Assembly: GCA_945903275.1 (NCBI GenBank)
Contig: CAMDNW010000008.1
Coordinates: 5,895 to 69,894 of the forward strand
Reading direction: 5' to 3'
Length of the DNA stretch: 64,000 nucleotides
DNA from: Thermoflexus hugenholtzii JAD2
GTDB taxonomy: Bacteria; Chloroflexota; Dehalococcoidia; UBA2979
The number at the start of each line of letters is the position of its first letter. Within the stretch, counting starts at the first letter, position 1. This document shows, one piece after another, positions 28,196-36,364 of the stretch. The notes beneath the pieces were generated by a model that saw nothing but the letters and a program-made list of their open reading frames with translations, did not search any database and was not told where the DNA came from. A program made the translations under genes and the position numbers.

Positions 28196-28334
28196 CTCCG
28201 GTCATCCCAGTCCTATGGTACGACGCCGTCCTGCGTAGACTGAGTTGCATACTTCGGAGGACTGCCATGGCCGCCAGCAACCCGCACCATGCATCACACC
28301 CAGACAACGCGTTGAAGGCGAGGCGACCGCCGGC

Positions 28335-29258
28335 ATGATCCGCGAGCAGGCCATCGCCGTCGACGGCATGTGGGCGGGCCTCGTGCGCACCCGACCGGGG
28401 ACGGCCACCCGCTGGCATCACCACGGCGCGTACGAGACCTCGATCTATGTCGCGAGCGGGCGCATCGTGATGGAGTCCGGCCCCGCGGGTGGCGCGTTCA
28501 TCGAAGCCGGCCCGGGCGACTTCCTACACGTCCCGCCGGGCGCGATCCAGCGCGAGGCGAACCCTGATCCCGAAGAGAGACAGATCGTGGTCGTCCGCGC
28601 CGGACACAGCCCGGCCGTGATCAACGTGGACGGCCAACCCCAAGCTGATTCCTGCCCTCCGGCGTATCATCCGCACATGAACTTCTGCCCTCGCTGCGGC
28701 ACTGCTCTGATTCCAAGGCTCGACGGTGGCCGGCACCGGCCGGCCTGCCCCAACGAGGGTTGCGGCTTCACCCATTACGGTGATCACTCCATCGGCACCG
28801 GGGCGGTCGTCTTCCGCGACGACCGCATCCTGCTTATCGAGCGCCGCGTCCGCGAACGCCGCTTCTGGCAGATTCCCGGCGGTTACGTAGAGGTGGACGA
28901 ACCTATCGATAGCGCCATCGAGCGCGAGGTACTTGAGGAGACCGGTGTCACGGCGCGCGTACTTGACTGCCTCGGCTTCCGCCACGCCGCCGGAGTGAAC
29001 GCGGAACGGCCAGCCTCGAACATCTATGTCGTCTTTCGCCTCGAAGACACCGGCGGCGATCCGCGCCCGGACGGTGAAGAATCGTTCGATGCGCGCTTCT
29101 TCACCCGCGCGGAGGTCGCAGACCTCGCGGATGTGACTTCAACCTCGCTCTGGGCCATCGACCAGGCAGCCCCCGTCGAGACAGGCCACGGCTTCCTGCG
29201 CCTCGCGCATCGAGACGGGCTGCACCGGCCCGGTCACACGATCTTCGGCCTGACCTAG
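28335..29258 (+). CDS. cupin - zinc-ribbon - Nudix hydrolase fusion protein
   Basis: The cupin part is TRWHHHGAYETSIYVASGRIVMESG...GDFLHVPPGAIQRE. A CxxC...CxxxxC ribbon follows: CPRCGTALIPRLDGGRHRPACPNEGCGF. The Nudix box is GGYVEVDEPIDSAIEREVLEETGV. ATG 28335 is preceded by GAAGGCGAGG; the track start 28245 is possible. Confidence 0.8.
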   Translation: MIREQAIAVDGMWAGLVRTRPGTATRWHHHGAYETSIYVASGRIVMESGPAGGAFIEAGPGDFLHVPPGAIQREANPDPEERQIVVVRAGHSPAVINVDGQPQADSCPPAYHPHMNFCPRCGTALIPRLDGGRHRPACPNEGCGFTHYGDHSIGTGAVVFRDDRILLIERRVRERRFWQIPGGYVEVDEPIDSAIEREVLEETGVTARVLDCLGFRHAAGVNAERPASNIYVVFRLEDTGGDPRPDGEESFDARFFTRAEVADLADVTSTSLWAIDQAAPVETGHGFLRLAHRDGLHRPGHTIFGLT

Positions 29259-30100
29259 GCCCTTCCAGCCGCCGCGCGCACTGCATCCACAATCTTCAAC
29301 GCGTCGGCGATCTCTGGCACGTCGTGGACGCGCACTACGTGCACGCCCGCCCACGCCGCGAGCGAGTTGAACGCCACGGTTGCTTCCAGCAGCCCATCGG
29401 AGTCCTGCCGGTCACCTTGGCCTATCAACTCGCTAAGGAAGCCTTTACGCGAGGCGGACACGAGCACCGGGCGGCCGGTCGCGACCAGCGCCGGAAGCCC
29501 GTGCAATAGCCGCACATTGTCCACAGCCGACTTCGCGAACCCGAAGCCGGGGTCGAGCCACACCTGCCCCACGCCTGCCGCTTCGAGAGCTTCCGCGCGG
29601 TCAACGAGGAACGCCTGCACCTCGGTAGCGATGTCGCCATAGGTCTGGTCGACATCGCGGTGATGCTGTGGCCGTCCGCGCATGTGCATGACGATCGAGG
29701 GCAGCGCGAACTCGCTCGCTACCGCCACCATGCCTGCGTTGGTGAAGCCGCTCACGTCGTTCAGCACGTCCACTCCAGCCTCGGCTGCCGCGCGGGCGAC
29801 TTCGGGCTGCCAAGTGTCCACCGAGGTCACCACGCCTTCCGTGCGTAGCGCCGCGATCACCGGACAGACACGCTCAATCTCTTCCTGCGCCGTTAGTTCC
29901 CGCGCGAACGCCCGCGTAGACTGCGCGCCGACATCGATGATCGAGGCCCCCGCGCGCACGAGTTCCAGCGCGCGGTCGCGTGCCTCTGTCGGCGCGACGA
30001 TCGACCGCGCCACGGGCGAATCCCACGAGACGTTGACGATGCCCATAACGAGCGTGCGCCCGGTGCAGTTGATAGTGCGGTCCCGCAGCCGAAGTTCCAT
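29255..30100 (-). CDS. folP: dihydropteroate synthase
   Basis: LVMGIVNVSWDSP...IIDVGAQSTR...DPGFGFAK...VSASRKGF matches the pterin-binding DHPS pattern. Confidence 0.9.
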   Translation of the reverse strand: MELRLRDRTINCTGRTLVMGIVNVSWDSPVARSIVAPTEARDRALELVRAGASIIDVGAQSTRAFARELTAQEEIERVCPVIAALRTEGVVTSVDTWQPEVARAAAEAGVDVLNDVSGFTNAGMVAVASEFALPSIVMHMRGRPQHHRDVDQTYGDIATEVQAFLVDRAEALEAAGVGQVWLDPGFGFAKSAVDNVRLLHGLPALVATGRPVLVSASRKGFLSELIGQGDRQDSDGLLEATVAFNSLAAWAGVHVVRVHDVPEIADALKIVDAVRAAAGRA

Positions 30101-30115
30101 GCGCCCAGTGTCCGG

Positions 30116-30982
30116 CTACGTGTCCGGAGCGTCGAGGAGTGCGTACAGCCGCTCGGACACCTCGGATGTATGGCCGAGCGGCAGCCGCAGCAGTTCGCCC
30201 GCCAGCCGCCGGTAGAGGTCTTGCAGCGCGGGGTCGGCCGAGAGCGCCACGAGGTGCCGCTCGACAGTGCCGATGTCGCCGCGCGCCAATGGGCCGGTCA
30301 GCGCCTCGGTCAGTTCTCGCGTCGCCACGTTGCCCGCGACGCCGAGCAACAGCGGGCCAAGCGCCGCGCGGGCCGCTTCGCGCGGCAGCCCGGCAAGCGT
30401 CCACGCGCGCGTCGCCGCCGCCGCCAGCGCTACCACATCGTTGCTCGCGAGGATCGCCGAGGCGTGGTACAACGCGCGGTCGACGCCATCCAGTCGCACC
30501 ACATTCGCCCCCAGCGCGCACGCCACCGCCTCCAGCCGCCCGCCAAGGTCACCGTCGCCCTCGACACCAAACGTGATCCCTAGGAACCGGCCTGCGTCCG
30601 CGGCACCGCGCGGGAATGATTGGAGTGGGTGCAGGCATCCGGCTAGCGCACCCGCCTCGCGGGCTGCCGCGAGCGCGTCGAGACTCAGCACGCCGCTGCA
30701 ATGCACCGCCGCCTGTCCCGGCCGCCAGCGAATACCACTACATACCTCGGCGACCACGCCATCCGCTGTCGTGATCAGCACCACGTCTGCCACATCAGCC
30801 ACCGCCTGCGGCGAGGTCTCTGCGGCAGCCCCGGTGAGCATCGCGATCGCCTCGGCTGCATCGAGGCGGCGGCTGGACACTGCGACGACCTCGTAGCCCG
30901 CGGCGTGCAGCCCAACGGCCAGTGCGCCGCCTAGGCGTCCAGCCCCTGCAATCCCGAACCGCATGCCTGATTGTTGTGTCAT
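30116..30982 (-). CDS. Rossmann-like / DUF2520 domain protein (ProC-like NADP-binding)
   Basis: MTQQSGMRFGIAGAGRLGGALAVGL...HASAILASN...LTGPLARGDIGTVERHL. The 519-aa track ORF extends antisense over the next gene, so I truncated it to the ATG at 30982 (or 30964). Confidence 0.78.
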   Translation of the reverse strand: MTQQSGMRFGIAGAGRLGGALAVGLHAAGYEVVAVSSRRLDAAEAIAMLTGAAAETSPQAVADVADVVLITTADGVVAEVCSGIRWRPGQAAVHCSGVLSLDALAAAREAGALAGCLHPLQSFPRGAADAGRFLGITFGVEGDGDLGGRLEAVACALGANVVRLDGVDRALYHASAILASNDVVALAAAATRAWTLAGLPREAARAALGPLLLGVAGNVATRELTEALTGPLARGDIGTVERHLVALSADPALQDLYRRLAGELLRLPLGHTSEVSERLYALLDAPDT

Positions 30983-31064
30983 ACCACCAAGCATACCGCG
31001 CGCTCCGGCGGAGGCGCTTTGCGCCACGCGCGCTGCCCCCCGTACAGTCGCAGCCGGAGGCCGC

Positions 31065-31847
31065 ATGCCCGATACCGCCGAACAAGCCGTCCTCGTAGGC
31101 GTCGACTTCACCGCCGACCGCCTGCGCATCCTGCTCACCGACGAGCGTGGCGCGCATGTCGCCGATAGCGACTGGCCACTGCCAGAACTCGAGGAAGAAG
31201 AGGCGTGGGTGTGGGAGGTTGGCGGGCGCATTGCCGCACTCTTCGCCACCGAGGGCCAGCGCCGCTCTGCCCTCGCGATCGTCGTCGCCGCGCCCGGCAG
31301 CGTAGAGCCGGCAACCGGGCGGCTGATCCACTGCCCTACGCACGACCATTGGGATGGCCTTGCGATGGTCGATGCGCTCCGCCGGCACATCGGTGCGCCG
31401 ATCGGTGCGGAGAACCGCACCATCGCTGCACTGCTCGCGGAGACATGGCAGGGCGCTGCCCCGGGCGTCGACGATGCCCTGTATGTCTCGCTCCGTAGCA
31501 TCCCTACCGCAGCGGTGCTCGTCGCGGGCCGCGTCGCGCGGGGCGCGCGCTTCGCGGCGGGCGCGCTGCCCGCCGTGCCAACTGCGGACGGGCCGTATGA
31601 CCAGATTGACCTCGAACAGTTCGCGGGCATCCTCGCCGACTCCGCCGCACTGCTCGACTCCGAGGCGGTCGTCATCGATGGCGAAATTGAAGACCTCGAC
31701 CGCCTCGTCCCGCTGCTACAGGGCGTACTCGACGAGGTTGCACCGGGGCCGCAGGTGCTCCGCGCCGCCCTCGGCGACCGCGCGCCGCTCGTGGGAGCGA
31801 TCCGCCTCGCCCGCTCACTCGCCTTCGAAGGGAGCCGCCGCCCGTGA
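31065..31847 (+). CDS. divergent ROK/ASKHA-like protein
   Basis: MPDTAEQAVLVGVDFTADRLRILLTDERG...AIVVAAPGSVEPATGRL...APIGAENRTIAALLAETWQGAAPG follows ROK order, but the usual ENDAN and GE.GH motifs are altered. GGAGG lies 5 nt before the ATG at 31065. Confidence 0.55.
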   Translation: MPDTAEQAVLVGVDFTADRLRILLTDERGAHVADSDWPLPELEEEEAWVWEVGGRIAALFATEGQRRSALAIVVAAPGSVEPATGRLIHCPTHDHWDGLAMVDALRRHIGAPIGAENRTIAALLAETWQGAAPGVDDALYVSLRSIPTAAVLVAGRVARGARFAAGALPAVPTADGPYDQIDLEQFAGILADSAALLDSEAVVIDGEIEDLDRLVPLLQGVLDEVAPGPQVLRAALGDRAPLVGAIRLARSLAFEGSRRP

Positions 31848-32218
31848 CCGCCAATCGCCCTCGCGCCTCAAAGCCCTACGCGATCCGCTACGACGCTGAA
31901 GCCGTCGGCACGTTGCTCGGCGCGCTGACATGGGTCATGGGCGGCCTCGCGATCCTCAAGGATCGCGGCCACGCCTCCGGCGACGAGCAGTTCCATGAGC
32001 TCGCCGACGCGCTCACGCCTGAACTCGAACGCCTCGTGCTCGAACTCAGCAGCACCCGCCTCGCCGCCGGGAATGACCCTGCACGTGAGGCCGCCGTCGA
32101 GGCCGCCTACGCGCGTGTCCGCGAGGCCTTCGAGACGTGGGTACAGGTCACGGCAGCAGACACGCTCCAGGCCGCCCTTGGCCACCGCCTGCAACACGAG
32201 GACAAACCGATCGGGTAG
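31844..32218 (+). CDS. hypothetical protein (124 aa), translationally coupled to the ROK-like gene
   Basis: The GTG at 31844 overlaps the upstream TGA (GTGA). No motif was recognised. Confidence 0.45.
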   Translation: MTANRPRASKPYAIRYDAEAVGTLLGALTWVMGGLAILKDRGHASGDEQFHELADALTPELERLVLELSSTRLAAGNDPAREAAVEAAYARVREAFETWVQVTAADTLQAALGHRLQHEDKPIG

Positions 32219-32463
32219 CGCTTCGTGCAAGCCGGAGTAGGCTTTGCCTATGTTCCGACTGACGCTTCCCAACTGGCTATGGTCAACACTGTGCGGCCTT
32301 GCTGTGACCGTTGGAGTGCTCATTGCACTCACCCGCCTGCTCACGTCCGTTGTACCGGAATAGCTCCTCAACGCGGCACTGCTTATCTGCTCGTGCCGGT
32401 GGCTGCCGCCGCGTGTGGGTACCACCTCGATCCAATCGAGGCGACTACGGACAACAATGCTCG

Positions 32464-34182
32464 CTAATACCCGCGGTACTTTGAGGCGAGCGGCAGTCGC
32501 CGGTCGCGTCCGAACGCGCGCGGCGTGATCTTCACGCCGGGTGGGGCTTGCCGGCGTTTGTATTCGTTACGCGTCACCATATCGATCACCCGACGCGCGA
32601 TCGCCTCGTCATACCCTGCTGCAACGATGGCATCGAGTGGCAGGTCGTCCTCGACGAACGCCTCGATGATCGGGTCGAGCACCTCGTAAGGCGGGAGTGA
32701 ATCGGTATCTTTCTGATCGGGGCGCAGTTCCGCTGATGGCGGCTTGGTCAGCGAGGCTTCCGGGATCACTTCGGAGACGCTGTTACGGTAGTGCGCCAGC
32801 GTGTACACCAACGTCTTCGGAACGTCCTTGATCACCGCGAAGCCGCCCACCATGTCGCCGTACAGCGTCGCGTAGCCGCAGGCGTACTCGGACTTGTTGC
32901 CGGTGGTCAGCACGATCGCGCCGGACTTATTCGATAGTGCCATCATCAGCAGCCCGCGGATGCGCGACTGCACGTTCTCCTCAGCCGTACTCGGCTGCGT
33001 ACCTTCGAACGGCTGTGCTAGCGTGTCCAGCGCCGCCTGGTGCACCGCCTCGATCGGCAGGGTGAGCAACTCGATGCCGAGACGACTCGCCAGATCCTGG
33101 GCGTCGGCGATCGAGCCTTCCGAGGAATACCGCGACGGCAGCGCCACCCCGCGCACGTGCTCTGCGCCCAGCGCGTCCACAGCGATCGCGCCTACGATGG
33201 CGGAGTCGATGCCGCCCGAGAGCGCCACGAGCGCGTCGGAGAACCCGGTCTTACCCAGGTAGTCGCGTGTCGCCACCACCAGCGCGCGGTATGTCTCTGC
33301 GACCGGATCGGGCGATGCTAGCCTCGGTGCAGGCAACGCGTGGCGCTCGCCTTGCGGGTCACTCGTCACGAAGACCGGCTCGCGCATATCCTCAGGGCGC
33401 CGCTCGCGCCGCAGCCGTGCATCGTGCAACTGCCGCTGCAGCACCTGGCCAACCGGGATGTCGACGACCACGAGGTCTTCTTCCATCGACGCCCCGCGCG
33501 CGATGATCTCGCCGCCTGGGCCGATCACCAGTGAGTTGCCGTCGAAGACTAGTTCGTCCTGCCCACCCACCTGATTTACGTAGGCGATCGCCACTGTGTT
33601 GTCCGAGGCGCGCGTTGCGACCATCCGCTCGCGCTCGGCCGTCTTACCCGAGTGGAACGGCGAGGCATTGATATTCACCACCACCTGCGCGCCGGCCAGC
33701 GCCTCTGCGCGCAGCGGCCCGCCGGGATACCAGATGTCCTCGCAGATTGTGATGCCGACCTCGACGCCGCCCACCAGGAAGATCGGCGCGTCGCTCCCCG
33801 GCTGAAAGTAGCGGTACTCGTCGAAGACGCCGTAGTTCGGCAGCGAGTGCTTACGGTACGTCGCCACCACGCGCCCGCCGTGAACCACCGCCGCCGCGTT
33901 GAACAACTGCCGGTCGAACTCGATGCACCCAACCACCAGCGGCGGCAGCCCCTCGGCACGCGCGGCGAGCTCTCGTAGTGCTTGCGAGGCGTCCTCGATG
34001 AACGGTGCGCGTACGAGCAGATCTTCCGGCGGATAGCCCGTCAACGCCAGTTCGGGAAATGCCACGAGGTCGGCCCCGAGGGCCGCCGCCTGCCGGGCAG
34101 CCTCAAGAATGCGGTTGCTGTTCCCCGCTAGGTCGCCGACCGTGGTGTTGATCTGTGCCAGTGCAACCCGCAGCGCCTGCAT
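32464..34182 (-). CDS. nadE: glutamine-dependent NAD+ synthetase
   Basis: MQALRVALAQINTTVGDLAGN...AFPELALTGYPPEDLL (nitrilase/CN-hydrolase domain), then LSGGIDS (PP-loop) in the C-terminal synthetase domain. The ATG at 34182 is preceded by GGTGGGAG. Confidence 0.93.
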   Translation of the reverse strand: MQALRVALAQINTTVGDLAGNSNRILEAARQAAALGADLVAFPELALTGYPPEDLLVRAPFIEDASQALRELAARAEGLPPLVVGCIEFDRQLFNAAAVVHGGRVVATYRKHSLPNYGVFDEYRYFQPGSDAPIFLVGGVEVGITICEDIWYPGGPLRAEALAGAQVVVNINASPFHSGKTAERERMVATRASDNTVAIAYVNQVGGQDELVFDGNSLVIGPGGEIIARGASMEEDLVVVDIPVGQVLQRQLHDARLRRERRPEDMREPVFVTSDPQGERHALPAPRLASPDPVAETYRALVVATRDYLGKTGFSDALVALSGGIDSAIVGAIAVDALGAEHVRGVALPSRYSSEGSIADAQDLASRLGIELLTLPIEAVHQAALDTLAQPFEGTQPSTAEENVQSRIRGLLMMALSNKSGAIVLTTGNKSEYACGYATLYGDMVGGFAVIKDVPKTLVYTLAHYRNSVSEVIPEASLTKPPSAELRPDQKDTDSLPPYEVLDPIIEAFVEDDLPLDAIVAAGYDEAIARRVIDMVTRNEYKRRQAPPGVKITPRAFGRDRRLPLASKYRGY

Positions 34183-34200
34183 ACTTGCTCCCACCGCTAG

Positions 34201-34219
34201 TTGCGTATTATATACGCAA
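34201..34219 (-). promoter_or_regulatory. perfect palindrome TTGCGTAT-TAT-ATACGCAA containing TATAAT, upstream of nadE
   Basis: 8-bp arms and a 3-nt spacer. On the nadE strand it reads TTGCGTATATAATACGCAA, with TATAAT about 25 nt before the ATG. Confidence 0.4.
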
Positions 34220-34355
34220 AGTCTGCCATAGATGCTACCCTCCGATTCACCAGCAGGTCAACCTGAGCGACTTAAGTTACAACGAGCCGCGCGACCGGCT
34301 CTGCCGTCAGCGCCGCCAGCGTCGCATGATGGACATACGATGACCTGGCACGCAC

Positions 34356-35297
34356 ATGCTGACTGTTAATCTCGCTCGCGTCACTACTGAGACGCGGTTA
34401 CCCGATCATGTCCTGCCCGACGGCCGCAACATCTGGACGATCTGGCCGCTCGACCCGATCATTCTCATCCCACTGGCGTTGATCGCCGTCTTCTACGCGG
34501 CCGGCCTCGGCCGCTGGCCCGACCGCAGCCGAGAGCACCCGTGGTGGCGCACAGCACTCTTCTACACAGGCCTCGCGATCACCGCGCTGTCCGTCGCCTC
34601 ACCACTACACGCGCTCGCCGAGCGGCACTTCTCGATGCATATGGTGCAGCACATGCTGATCATCATGGCCGGGGTGCCGCTGACCTTGCTCGGCGCACCA
34701 ACCACGCCGGTACTCCGAGGCATGCCACGCTGGCTCCGCCATGGCCTCGTCCGTCCGCTGAGTGGGGACCCAGCGGTGCGTGCGGCCTTCCGCGGCCTGC
34801 TCCACCCGATGACCGCACTGGTGCTGTTCAGTGTCGTCCTCTGGGGCTGGCATCTCGCCCCCGGCTGGTACGACGCTGCCACCGCCGATGAGACCTTGCA
34901 CGCGGTTCAACACTTCTCGTTCACGCTGACCTCCACCCTGTTCTGGTGGAACGTGATTAGCCCGGCACCGCTGCACGCCTCGATGAGCTATCTGCTGCGG
35001 ATGGTCTATCTGGTGGTGCAGGGCACCGTGCAGTCAATCCTCGCGGCGTTCATCACCATGAATCCGGAGCCGCTGTACGACTATTACGTGCGCGTCGACA
35101 AGGTCTTCCCGATCAGCGTGTTGAACGACCAGCAGCTCGGCGGACTGATCATGTGGATCGCCCCCGGCTCGCTCATCAACCTCGCGGCTATCGGTGTCCT
35201 GTTCGCCATCTGGTTTGCCGAGAGTGAACGCAGGCAACAAGCAATCGAGACGGCCGATGGCTGCCTCGATTGCGGGCGTTCTCGCGCAGAAGGCTAG
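34356..35297 (+). CDS. ctaG: cytochrome c oxidase (caa3) assembly factor CtaG-type membrane protein
   Basis: HFSMHMVQHMLIIMAGVPLTLLGAP...LHAVQHFSF, a polytopic protein adjacent to the cta operon. Confidence 0.78.
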   Translation: MLTVNLARVTTETRLPDHVLPDGRNIWTIWPLDPIILIPLALIAVFYAAGLGRWPDRSREHPWWRTALFYTGLAITALSVASPLHALAERHFSMHMVQHMLIIMAGVPLTLLGAPTTPVLRGMPRWLRHGLVRPLSGDPAVRAAFRGLLHPMTALVLFSVVLWGWHLAPGWYDAATADETLHAVQHFSFTLTSTLFWWNVISPAPLHASMSYLLRMVYLVVQGTVQSILAAFITMNPEPLYDYYVRVDKVFPISVLNDQQLGGLIMWIAPGSLINLAAIGVLFAIWFAESERRQQAIETADGCLDCGRSRAEG

Positions 35298-35677
35298 TGT
35301 GCCTTGGCAGGAGCCGAGGCGGGCGGCGGCGCGGTCTCACCCGGCGGGATGCGGTTTGCGCGGATGCCGGTGGCCAAGTCACCCCAGAACAGCGCCAGCA
35401 ACGCAAACATGATCAGCGCCGCCAGCACAAAGCTACCGGCGAAGAGTTTGGTCATCAAGCTGGATTCGAAGCGCAAATGCATGAAATACGCGACAACCAC
35501 CACGAACTTCACTGCCGACAAAATCATCAGTGTCCCTACCAGCAGGCCATACGGCATCCCGCTGTAGGACACCCACAACTCCACGAGGGTGATGAGCGTC
35601 AGCGCCAGCCCGATCAGCAGGTATTGGCGCGGTTGGAGTCCGTGTTGTTCTGCCTCGTGACCGCTCGAATGTGCCAT
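35294..35677 (-). CDS. ctaF: cytochrome c oxidase subunit IV (bacterial CtaF/CoxIV family)
   Basis: MAHSSGHEAEQHGLQPRQYLLIGLALTLITLVE...KFVVVVAYFMHLRFE. GGAGG precedes the ATG at 35677. Confidence 0.8.
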   Translation of the reverse strand: MAHSSGHEAEQHGLQPRQYLLIGLALTLITLVELWVSYSGMPYGLLVGTLMILSAVKFVVVVAYFMHLRFESSLMTKLFAGSFVLAALIMFALLALFWGDLATGIRANRIPPGETAPPPASAPAKAH

Positions 35678-35696
35678 GAGAGCCTCCGGCCTCAAA

Positions 35697-36341
35697 TCAC
35701 CCGGGAATCAGGTAAATAATAGTGAAGATCACGATCCAGACGATATCGACGAAGTGCCAGTACAGGCCGGCGATTTCGACATGGTGCCCAGCCTCGGGGC
35801 CAAGGCCCGTGCGCCGGAACGACCCCGCCAGCAGGCACGCGAGGTAGAGCACACCAATGCCGACGTGCGTGCCGTGGAAGCCCGTCAGCACGAAGAACGT
35901 TGCACCGAACAGGTTCGTCCCAAGGTTCAGTCCTTCCGCCCCGAAGGTGCGGAATTCAAAAACCTGAAATCCGAGGAAGCCGATTCCGAGGATGATCGTC
36001 GCGAGCAACGCTAGCTTCATCATCTTCGGCAAGCGCTGCTGTGCGCCATAGACGGCGAACACCATCGTCACGCTGCTCATCAGCAGTACGAACGTACTCA
36101 CCGACGTGAGCGGAATATCCAGTACGCCGTGCTGCTCTTCACCGCCGATGACGACAAGATGCGCAAACGGCCCAACACCGCGAGCGATCACGTCGTTCTT
36201 GAAGATCAAGTAACTGGCAATCAGCGACCCGAAGAACAGGCACTCGGAACCGAGGAACATCCACATGAGGAGCTTCCGGTTGTCCGTACCTGTCGAGGTC
36301 TGATGTCTGCCGCTATGTACCACGGCCGGTGCGTGTGCCAT
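35697..36341 (-). CDS. ctaE: cytochrome c oxidase subunit III
   Basis: LMWMFLGSECLFFGSLIASY...FFVLTGFHGTHVGIGV...YWHFVDIVWI. Confidence 0.9.
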   Translation of the reverse strand: MAHAPAVVHSGRHQTSTGTDNRKLLMWMFLGSECLFFGSLIASYLIFKNDVIARGVGPFAHLVVIGGEEQHGVLDIPLTSVSTFVLLMSSVTMVFAVYGAQQRLPKMMKLALLATIILGIGFLGFQVFEFRTFGAEGLNLGTNLFGATFFVLTGFHGTHVGIGVLYLACLLAGSFRRTGLGPEAGHHVEIAGLYWHFVDIVWIVIFTIIYLIPG

Positions 36342-36364
36342 CTCGCTGTGCTCCTCGGCCGCTT

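Noticed and set aside
30983-31675. N-terminal 230 aa of the 519-aa minus-strand ORF 30116..31675
   Set aside because: This part is Ser/Ala/Arg/Pro-rich and lies antisense to the ROK-like gene. The DUF2520 homology begins at the internal Met (MTQQSGMRFGIAGAG).
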